Shown here: positions 49,470 to 61,400 of the stretch, piece by piece
How positions within the stretch are numbered: position 1 is the first letter of the stretch
Layout: the number at the start of each line of letters is the position of its first letter
Assembly (NCBI RefSeq): GCF_031769215.1
Contig: NW_026782019.1
Span: forward strand, 1,674,001-1,738,000
DNA length: 64,000 nt
Source: Ylistrum balloti
Taxonomy: Eukaryota
Reading direction: 5' to 3'
Program-made: the position numbers and the translations under genes
The notes under the pieces: model-generated
What the model saw: the letters and a program-made list of their open reading frames with translations, nothing else
What the model was told of the DNA's origin: nothing
Databases searched by the model: none

Positions 49470-52400
49470 TTATTCTGGTGACTGTACAAGGGAGACGCGG
49501 GTCATGTATCTCATCAATGTAGGCTGGTAAGCATTTTTTCTTCGTTGACGCAGAAAGTTTTCAATCTCTTCAGATGGGTGATGTGATGAGTGACTCTCAG
49601 CAGAGTACAGTTCCTGCACTGTCTCCTCAGTCATACAGTCTGTTGACCTGCGATGCACCTGAAAACCAGCTGGACGATACGCCAGGCCAAGGCGCCGGAA
49701 GTGAAGTTTGGGAAGGTTAGGCATTTTACCATCATCATCATGATGACTTAAACTATTTTCACAAAAGTCAACCAGTGTTTCAAGCATTTCTATCTTTGAT
49801 GGACCAGGAAATTTCCTTCGTGCAATTTCCAGACACGAGTCAAGAAATCCTTGGAAACATAATCCTGCAAAATATTTAAGATTTTGAACATAAGAAAGCT
49901 GAAAGCAATTATTGGATAAATGACTTGATAAAACTACCAAAATAATATTGCTAATTATCATTAAGGAGTTCCACCCGTACAAACCATTACTTTGTATTAC
50001 AATGATAGTCCTGTTAACATTTCAGTACAGGGGTAGATTTCAAAGATAAAAATTTAAAATGCTAAGTATCATCATAAAAATTTGTCACGAAAGCAAGGGA
50101 GACAATTTACAGAGTTTCTCTATCGTGAATTGAAATAAAAATCATCAAATACAGTAAATCCACTTTGTCAATTACAGCTGACCATAGGTCATCATGTGCG
50201 AGGAGACAATTCCAACAAGGCACTCTCTGTTCAAAAAGCAGCAGTGGTTAATTGAGAATCCATCACCAGACACACGGTTAGTTCTTAATTGTTAAACACG
50301 TCTAACGACATACCGTAATCTGAACCTCTGTTATTATTTTTTCTATAATAAAACGTGCCGAAATAATATCTTTATGCTAAAGAATGTACTTATACATATA
50401 TCCACAAATATTTAAAACTCCAAGTTTGTTTGGCAATTGTTGTAAAATAGATAAAGTATATATATATAACCAGTAATTATAACATGGTTGGCAAATTTAT
50501 TCATCTTTTATAGTGATTAGTTAAGAATACATAGAAATTTTGTGATAAATGAATTATTTGTTCACAAACAATCCTTGCATTCATTAATATCAATGTTCAG
50601 TGACCTCTGACCTCTATATACTGATAATAATAGAAAATCTGTTCCCAAAAGATCAAGATTCTTATTTATGATCTACAGCTTTGTACTGCTGTCCCGAACA
50701 TCTATACTTCTAACTACGATATAAAGCCTTGTACTGCTGTCCTAGACATCTATACTTCTAACTACGATATAAAGCCTTGTACTGCTGTCCCGAACATCTA
50801 TACTTCTAACTACGATATAAAGCCTTGTACTGCTGTCCCGAACATCTATACTTCTAACTATGAAATAAAGCCTTGTACTGCTGTCCCAGACATCTATACT
50901 TCTAACTACGATATAAAGCCTTGTACTGCTGTCCCGAACATCTATACTTCTAACTATGAAATAAAGCCTTGTACTGCTGTCCCGAACATCTATACTTCTA
51001 ACTACGATATAAAGCCTTGTACTGCTGTCCCGAACATCTATACTTCTAACTACGATATAAAGCCTTGTACTGCTGTCCCGAACATCTATACTTCTAACTA
51101 CGATATAAAGCCTTGTACTGCTGTCCCAGACATCTATACTTCTAACTACGATATAAAGCCTTGTACTGCTGTCCCGAACATCTATACTTCTAACTACGAA
51201 ATAAAGCCTTGTACTGCTGTCCCAGACATCTATACTTCTAACTATGAAATAAAGCCTTGTACTGCTGTCCCGAACATCTATACTTCTAACTACGATATAA
51301 AGCCTTGTACTGCTGTCCCGAACATCTATACTTCTAACTACGAAATAAAGCCTTGTACTGCTGTCCCGAACATCTATACTTCTAACTACGAAATAAAGCC
51401 TTGTACTGCTGTCCCGAACATCTATACTTCTAACTACGATATAAAGCCTTGTACTGCTGTCCCAGACATCTATACTCCTAACTACGATATAAAGCTTTGT
51501 ACTGCTGTCCCGAACATCTATACTTCTAACTACGATATAAAGCCTTGTACTGCTGTCCCGAACATCTATACTTCTAACTATGATATAAAGCCTTGTACTG
51601 CTGTCCCAGACATCTATACTCCTAACTACGATATAAAGCTTTGTACTGCTGTCCCGAACATCTATACTTCTAACTACGATATAAAGCCTTGTACTGCTGT
51701 CCCGAACATCTATACTTCTAACTATGAAATAAAGCCTTGTACTGCTGTCCCAGACATCTATACTTCTAACTATGAAATAAAGCCTTGTACTGCTGTCCCG
51801 AACATCTATACTTCTAACTACGATATAAAGCCTTGTACTGCTGTCCCGAACATCTATACTTCTAACTACGAAATAAAGCCTTGTACTGCTGTCCCGAACA
51901 TCTATACTTCTAACTACGAAATAAAGCCTTGTACTGCTGTCCCGAACATCTATACTTCTAACTACGATATAAAGCCTTGTACTGCTGTCCCAGACATCTA
52001 TACTCCTAACTACGATATAAAGCTTTGTACTGCTGTCCCGAACGTCTATACTTCTAACTACGATATAAAGCCTTGTACTGCTGTCCCAGACATCTATACT
52101 TCTAACTACAAAATAAAGCCTTGTACTGCTGTCCCAGACATCTATACTCCTAACTACGATATAAAGCCTTGTACTGCTGTCCCAGACATCTATACTTCTA
52201 ACTACAAAATAAAGCCTTGTACTGCTGTCCCAAATACTATACTCCTAACTACGAAACAAAGCCTTGTACTGCTCTCCCAAACATCTATACTCCTAACTAC
52301 GAAATAAAGCCTTGTACTGCTGTCCCAAACATCAAGACTTCTGACCTATTCAGATCGAAGGAAAATGCCAATATCCTTTATTAAGTGAGATGACTTTGTG

Positions 52401-55400
52401 TACACAAACAATTATCTGTGATTTAAAAAAAAAGTTTTCCATAATTAACAAGATGGAGATTATTTTACAACTGAAAGAGTACAAGATGAACTTTTAAAAT
52501 ATCACAAGTCACATAATTAAGTTAACAGTTAGAGAGCTTGTTACATGATAAAAACAATTTTCTATCTGCACTGATATCAGAATCTTTATTGGACATATTC
52601 CGACTCCACAAGACTTTATACTCAAAAAGTGTGAATTGTTAATAAATATATTTACAACTGATGTTAGGAATTATGATGAACACTCCTATAGAACTGAAGC
52701 AAGGATATTTATTAGTATTTTACAAAAATCACTCTACATCAATACATGTTATACTGATGTATATTATATTAGATATCTTTTAGAGAATATACTTGTCAGA
52801 TCAATAAATGTCAGCCGCTTAACTAATTCTTTTTTTTACTAAACTTCAATATTTCATCAAAGATTGACTGTTTCATGTAGCTGTGTTGATAAATACATGA
52901 CTTTTTCATGACTTCTTATTACCCAGATAGCACTTCAGAGTAAAAGTAACTGGTTTTCTTCATAGATACTTTACTGAATAAATCATTAAAGACTTTTAAA
53001 TGTTTTTTAATGGAAAAAGCATGAAAAACTACAGCATACTTTTTACTGAATGAAGCATTAAAACTGCTACAAATTCTTAATAAAGCATGAAAAACTCTGT
53101 CTAATAAAGCATTAAAAACATTCACAAAATCTTCACTGAATAAACCATTAAAACTGACATTGTTAAGATGTGTGATAATTTAGATTTCATGATGTTTAAA
53201 TGCACCAAAACGGAAAAGAGTATTAGATTAGCACTCGGACAGCAGAAAATGTTACGGCATTCAGATGGCAGAAAAAATTCATTTCTTGTTAATTATAACA
53301 TAAAAGCAATATTTAATGAGTTATCTATAAATGAGAGAGAGAGACCATGTGATGAGCACATGCTAATATGGACTACTCAGAGGAAGTCATGATAACTAGT
53401 ATGGAAGGCATGGGGTATTGGTTGCTAGGCAGCTATTGCCTTGGTGACACTAAATAATTACCCATCATACAATATTTCACCCACCTACTGTACTCTTGGA
53501 CTTTTTCTCTGACATGGCTGCATATATAGGTTTAGAGAAAGGTAGTTTTAATATTAGTTATTATCATATCCAACGCTGGATAAACAAAATCATAACAATG
53601 ACACTTAAAACAGACAATAAAGAAGAAAACGATTGGTAGAAGATGCTGGTACCGTACAATCAGAAACTCAGCATATACATACATGAAAATACCATAAATA
53701 GTTATCAGTGATTGTATCTGTGAAAATACATTAACTTTATTTTCATTGCAAGAACTTTCACTTCTAATTAAAATAAAAAAAATAATGTAAAACATTTACA
53801 TGTAACTTACATTCAAAAAAAATTATTGTTTACACTCAACATATTTAAGTTTTGGTTCATTTATCATTGGCAAACCTGTCTAAACATTTACACTTAAGAA
53901 TTCTAACATATACTACATGTATTTACATTTATAAAGTACACAGCTTACACTTGACTGCTACTCCTTACATTCATTTAATACAATTGTTGATTTTTTATTA
54001 CCAAGCGGTAAGCACAAACAAGACTAGAATTAAAGGGAGATAATTCGGTTCCTAATACCTTGAGTGAGACGTCTGATTGTACAGTGTAAAAACCAGCATG
54101 TATATTAAGCATTTTAAATTTAAATAATTGAATGTGTTATGTCACAAATATATTAACTTCTTCCAAAATAATACTTGTATTATTTTTGAAAATTTAGCTG
54201 TTGTTATGAAAATGAGGCTTTTTCATATACATGTACAGCATTATGCAAACAGCAAAAACCTTGTATTTATCGGGTAAAAGTAATTTAAATCAGAAAGCAT
54301 AAGTCAGTTTTTTTTTAGAAATACAGATATTCATTTAAGCACAGTTTGAAATGTTTATTTCAGTAAATAAATGCATTATTCAATTTTCATTAGCGCTAGA
54401 TATTTTAATATTCTACAACAAAGCATGCATGTTATACTGGATAGACTAGATAAGACTACTGGGTAAACTACCGACAAATTAACAGGTGGGCAATCATTAA
54501 TGTTTGGAAGGAAAACTACAATAATTAAGATACAAAATATATAATATTTTTCTGCATCATCAGATTAAATCCATTACTGCCATCCACAGAGCTGTCCGAT
54601 AGTGGTGCACGTCTAAATATTCCATATAACTGTGCTATAGTTTGTAATGTAAAGTATAAGTATTCAAGGTAAGGCTCCAAGGATTAGGAAACAATCTTAG
54701 ACAGTAATTTGAAAAATGTTGAATGACTGAAGGACATACCAAAATATTTAGTATGTTAAATTTTTGAAAAATTTTGAGAAAAATGTTCTTTTTAAGTTAA
54801 GCTAAGTTCAGATCAAATACAACTGTTTCTGAGTTCCTTGAACCAGCTCTCACATGTGAAAGTTATGCAACACAGGTGAAAACTTTTGTATTCCCTATAT
54901 GTTATAAAGACAGAATGTTTATAGGTGTGACCTACCAGATGTCCTATCAGGGTTCATGTGGTCCCAGCGTCGCTGCATGTCTATGTACATAATATCCACT
55001 GCTGCGTTGGTGATGCCCCGCCTACACAGTCGACACTTCCTATAACACAGGATCATTTCTATATGACTGACGTGAAACTTCTATCTGATGAAACATGTTA
55101 GTGTTTACGCTGGCTAAATTTACTTTCTGCAATACAATATAACTTCCATATTGCATTATATAAACAATGATTTAATATAACATGTGAACAAGTCAGTACT
55201 TTCTTACCTCTGATTGGCTAAAACAACATTACATCTGAAACAGTATTCTCTTTCAACAAACTGACTAAAACTTGTAAGTTATTTTCAAAAACAGCATGTC
55301 TTGTTTTTATGGCATGTATGAAGGGCTGTCTGAAGACACCATTAACAAGGGTCAAATCAGCACTCACTGTGTACGAAGGGCCATTTGTTTACTGTTGCTT

Positions 55401-58400
55401 TACGTCCTATCAACAGCCAGGGTCAATTAACGATGTGACAGGTTTGGGTGGTAGGGGAGGCCGATGTTCTCACAGAAAAATCACCAACATACAGCCAGTA
55501 CCTGGTGACATTTGAACAATCAGCAAGCCAAAATGGACACCTGAACAGTCACCATGTTGGATGGGACAATTGTAAAATCACCGAGTCAGAAGGGACATTT
55601 GAATAGTTACCATGTTGGATGGGATATCTGACCAAGTCCAAAAGGACATTTGAACAGTCACCATGTAGGAAAGGCTATTTGAACAGTCACCATGTAGGAA
55701 GGGCTATTTGAACAGTCACCATGTAGGAAAGGCTATTTGAACAGTCACCATGTAGGAAGGGCTATTTGAACAGTCACCATGTAGGAAGGGCTATTTGAAC
55801 AGTCACCATGTAGGAAGGGCTATTTGAACAGTCACCATGTAGGAAAGGCTATTTGAACAGTCACCATGTAGGAAGGGCTATTTGAACAGTCATAATGTTA
55901 GATGAGAACTTTGAACAGTTCCACACCTGATGATGGTGAAATAAACATAAGACTCTGTGTAAAGAATTTCATTTTACCTTGCAAAGGTACGAAAACCTGT
56001 AGGACCAATCCTTAGTGACCCCCTGACCCCTAGAAAACTGATGAAAAGATTGGCAACTCGCTCAAGAATCCTCAGTCGTTCAAATGCCTCATCGTAGATG
56101 GCAGGGTACAACTGCTTCAGGCAGCTCTCTTTTGCTAACTTTTCCAAAATTTTCACAAATTTTTCATCGTCATTTAGATTTTCGTCTTCTGTGTGGCTGT
56201 CCAGGAAATCTTCTTCTTCTTTCTCATCTGATGGGGAAACAAAAGATGTGTTTAATACACCATTGATGGAAGTTAGAACAGTACTGAAGAAGTACACTAG
56301 GTAAGAGAATTATAACTAAGTCTACAGTGTATTTTTGTAACTGATGGAACTAATTATGGCATTACTGTAAATATTTTCTTTTACAATGGTTCAAGTTTTT
56401 GTGGTTTTATAGAAACCTAGAAGCAACAAAGACATATTTTTCATTGAAGTCCTGAAATGGACTATGTTCAATATGTATATTTTTCACGATTTCATTTCAG
56501 TTTCAAAGATAGGGAAAAAATTCCCTAACAAATAACTGCCTTTTCAGTTTGTTGTATGGGACCAGATTGATAAATGTAAATTAACGGTATTTTGTATAAA
56601 TGTATATTACAGAACTAAGTATATTACTCACAAACCACAGAATTAATGATATCACAAATTTGATCTATTTGACAAGAAAAGTGAAAGTTATGTCAACTTA
56701 ACTATTAACTCTCCCTCGTAAGTGTGAATCGAAGTGAGCATGTGATTTGAATGTGGGAAAAACTGTGAATCCAGAGAGAACCCACATGGTGATAAAGTAA
56801 CATTCTGTTATCTTTTTATGTCTAATTGAGAAAAAGAACCCTAGTGTTCATTGTGAAAGGAAGGTGTGTTACCACCACTGTCCCTCTCAATCATCCATTT
56901 GTAACTATAAGTAATTGCATTGAACTGTGACCACGTAAAGATATGGACTTACGCCTGGTGAAATCCAGTTCATTGTTGAGTTCCGACATCTGCTGAGTGA
57001 CGTCTACCTCTCGTTTCTCCTCATCAGACTCGTCTGCTTTAATTATCAGGATGTGCGTCCTCTGGTGCTGTACAGGCTCAGGGCAGCCATTCCCATTAGA
57101 GTGGCCTCCCTTCTTTCTCTTCCGCCTTCGTCTTTTGTTCATGAATCTGCAAAAAAACTGGATACATTAATATTTTTTACACAATACATGTACATTGAGG
57201 TTATATTTAATTTGTGTAATTCAGTCCAAAAAGGGTAATTAAGCTTATTGATACACGTTTATGTTACACCCTGTGATGACTTTCCCAGACTTAAGCTTAT
57301 TCATACACATTTATGTTACACCCTGTGATGACTTATTCAGACTTAAGCTTATTCATACACATTTATGTTACACCCTGTGATGACTTACCCAGACTTAAGC
57401 TTATTGATACACATTTATGTTACACCCTGTGATGACTTATTCAGACTTAAGCTTATTCATACACATTTATGTTACACCCTGTGATGACTTACCCAGACTT
57501 AAGCTTATTGATACACATTTATGTTACACCCTGTGATGACTTATTCAGACTTAAGCTTATTCATACACATTTATGTTACACCCTGTGATGACTTACCCAG
57601 ACTTAAGCTTATTGATACACATTTATGTTACACCCTGTGATGACTTACACAGACTTAAGCTTATTGATACACATTTATGTTACATCCTGTGATGACTTAT
57701 TCAGACTTAAGCTTATTGATACACGTTTATGTTACACCCTGTGATGACTTACCCAGACTTAAGCTTATTGATACACATTTATGTTACACCCTGTGATGAC
57801 TTATTCAGACTTAAGCTTATTCATACACATTTATGTTACACCCTGTGATGACTTACCCAGACTTAAGCTTATTGATACACATTTACATACATCCTGTGAT
57901 GACTTATTCAGACTTAAGCTTATTGATACACGTTTATGTTACACCCTGTGATGACTTATTCAGACTTAAGCTTATTGATACACATTTATGTTACACCCTG
58001 TGATGACTTACCCAGACTTAAGCTTGTTGACAGGTGACATCAACAAAAGAGCGTCTCTCACAAGGGGTCGCTTCACCATTTCATCCAGCGCACATGTAAC
58101 ATACTCAAACACACCTGGTGACACTTCCTGCTCGCCATCAATACTGAGACTGGGACTAGCGTTCACCTCCAGTAGGATTGGCTTTAGGTTATCAAGTAGT
58201 AGGATGTCAAACCCAAGGATCTGCACAAAATAATCGTGTTGGAAAATAAGTAATTTAGTCAGGATACATAAGGTTAATACAAAGTTATTATAACCATGTA
58301 ATGAAATGTATGGTGTTTGCTGACTTTACATTTTAATGTAAATTTGCATGTATCTCCTTTTTGACAAATGAAAAAGTTATTGAACCAGCACAAGTGAACA

Positions 58401-61400
58401 GGACTTTGCTAACCCTTGACAACACCATTTTACCTATTCCATCTTTTGACCCTCAATCCTCCATTTCTAGTACGATAACAATAATTTCTCCTAGTGAACC
58501 ACATACACTTCTTCAATCCTAAATAGATCATACCATTAGACAAATTCATATCATCCGATGAAGACAGCACTGTCTTAATTAATGTATCGGAACCTAACAT
58601 TAAATTTACTATTGCAATCAATTAGGATTGTTCAATTTCTTCCATTACAAACTTTATATGATTCCACTAACATGTCCAATATCTCTACCACTCAGAGCTC
58701 CATATCCGTTCCCTACTGGGTCAAATTCTCTTCCATTACAAACTTTATATAATCCTCCTACTAGTTCCTATATTTCTATCACTTGGGGCTCCATGTCATT
58801 TCAGTACTAAACCCAATCTCTTTACCATAAGGTGCTCTACATCATTCCCCTACTGGGTCAAGCCTTTCTTATATTAAGGTCTACCAGCTTTACCCTACTA
58901 AGTCCATCCTCTCTACCATTAGGATCTTAACATTATTCCTTTACTGAGTCCATCCCCTCTATCATTATGGTCTCCACATTATTCCTCTACTGGGTCCATC
59001 CCCTCTACCATTAGGGTCTCCACATTATTCCTCTACTGGGTCCATCCCCTCTACCATTAGGGTCTCCACATTATTCCTCTACTGGGTCCATCCCCTCTAC
59101 CATTAGGGTCTCCACATTATTCCTCTACTGGGTCCATCCCCTCTACCATTAGGGTATCAACATTATTCCTCTACTGGGTCCATTCCCTCTACCATTAGGG
59201 TCTTAACATCATCCCTCTACTGGGTCCATTCCCTCTACCATTAGGGTCTCCACATTATTCCTTTACTGGATCAAGCCCCGTCTCACCAAGCTAGTAAATC
59301 TACCTTGCCTATAACAGCTTCAAACTGCCATAAACAGCCAAAATACATAGCTGTACTTGATCAAAAGAGCAAATATGCATTTACAGTTTACAAGATCATT
59401 CAGTAAAGCATTGACTGTTGAAAATATCAGAATTTATAATACTGAAATTCTATATCATTTACGGAATAAATTTGAATAGTAACTAAGAGAGAGTGATGTG
59501 ATCTGTAACAAAACGTGGTGTACTAACCCACCAGGATCAATATTCCATTAACAATGCATCAACTGTCACGTTTGACAGGCTGATGAGAAACTTGACAATA
59601 GTGTCACTAATTGCATTTTTGTGTTAACTTGAGCAAAATTAAAACAATTTAGAATGTAAAAATCATATGATTTTTTTTTCATGATGTGGCGTGCCAAACT
59701 ACCTTATAAATAAAACTATAGAGGACATTGAGACCATAAAATATTCCACTACTCCGTGTATATATTATCAAAAAGCCTGGTACCAAGGGGGTAATTCTGG
59801 TCTAGTGTATGATTGAGTTCCGTCAGAGTATTGATACACTAAGCACCAGAATCACATTAATATCACACTGGCATGTACACAAACCAAATAAGTGTCAGGC
59901 TATTCGTACTACCAGCTTCGATCTATCTGATAAATTATTGACACTATTCTGTGACAGTGTTATTAGCAGAGCACTAATCAAGATGTATTTTGCAATTATG
60001 TACCATTATTTAACTTTTAAAACATTAATTATATCTGATTGATACCAACTTTGGTTATTTAAAAGTTGGATCTTTTCCCTTCTTCAGGACTTTGTATTTC
60101 TTCTTGACCATATGAAATCAAACTCCAAGATGGCCACCTATAAGCTTGCTTTTCTGACCAATGCCAAAAAGGGCACAACTAGAGATCAAGGGGAATCTCA
60201 ATATGAAATTTGATGAAAAAGATCCATCAAGTACTTCTCAAGAAATAGTGATAACAAGAATTCTTTACACACAGACAACAGATCATTGACATAGGATGAT
60301 TTGAATAGGATCAATTTTTTCTATCTGATGATGGTGGGCCAAAGATAACAGCATGTTGAGGAGACATCGCCTCAATGAAATATATCTGTAGAATTGATAT
60401 CATTACACTACGGATTTCTTACACTACTTATATACCATCTATTGTTATAGTTAGTTTATATGGGAGTTTGGTGACTTTAAATAGGACATATCCTAATGGT
60501 TTGTGTACTATACTTTATTATAACACACTACATTACCTATCATGGTCTAACCTGGAATAATTACAAAGTACTTATTTAAATGTAGTACCATATATCTATA
60601 TATATATATATATATACCACCCCCGGGCACGTCGCCAATGTGGTAGGAACCTGGTCGTGTAACACAATCCAAGATTATAACAAATGTTTTTACCAATACA
60701 CCTCCATGTAAATCATTGTTGGTTCTGTATATTCACCTGTGTGATTTACCTACATGGGGAACCTGATACCGAGACCTTATCCCTTTGTTAATTAAATGTC
60801 AAACAATGGCCTATTCTTTCAGTTTTTACCCATTTCAAACAACAATTCATTTTTCTTAACAGGTTGAAACAGATTCCGTTAGATAAAGAGCTGTTAAAAG
60901 ATCACATTACAGATACTCTAATATACATCTGACAAAGACAAAAAGACATTAACACTGAGAACCAAGTTAAACCGGTCTGTATACTCAATCATAATAATAG
61001 TTTTTTTAATATCATATGAAAATATATAGCTAATATTGATTATATCATCTTGATAACATGGTGACCTTCGTAAATGGTTGGCCTTAAATGAATGGGAAAC
61101 CGATTATTTTGCTTTCCATTGAGTTTACAGGTAATAGAACAGCCGATAGAACGTTTTAATCCTGGTACCAGACATATATTGTAGGGGTGATACTCTGGGG
61201 AATTTATCTTCAAATATTGAGAACCTGGTTTGTTGGGCTGAATTAGGGCTTGGACACAGATATGAAGGGAATGAAATATTTGTAGCAAAAATGAGGGAGA
61301 TCATTTGGTAGAAAGGCCTAAAGGAAACAGTCATGATGAGTGTGTACCATACCTGTAGCTTATAGTGGAAGCAGTTGGGAAACAGGTATGAAGGTAATGA

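Noticed and set aside
55510-55920. 29-bp array as another donor-seeded repeat
   Set aside because: It lies near the donor at 55977, but the unit shares no sequence with the exon end and its ATG|GTGACT motif is weak.
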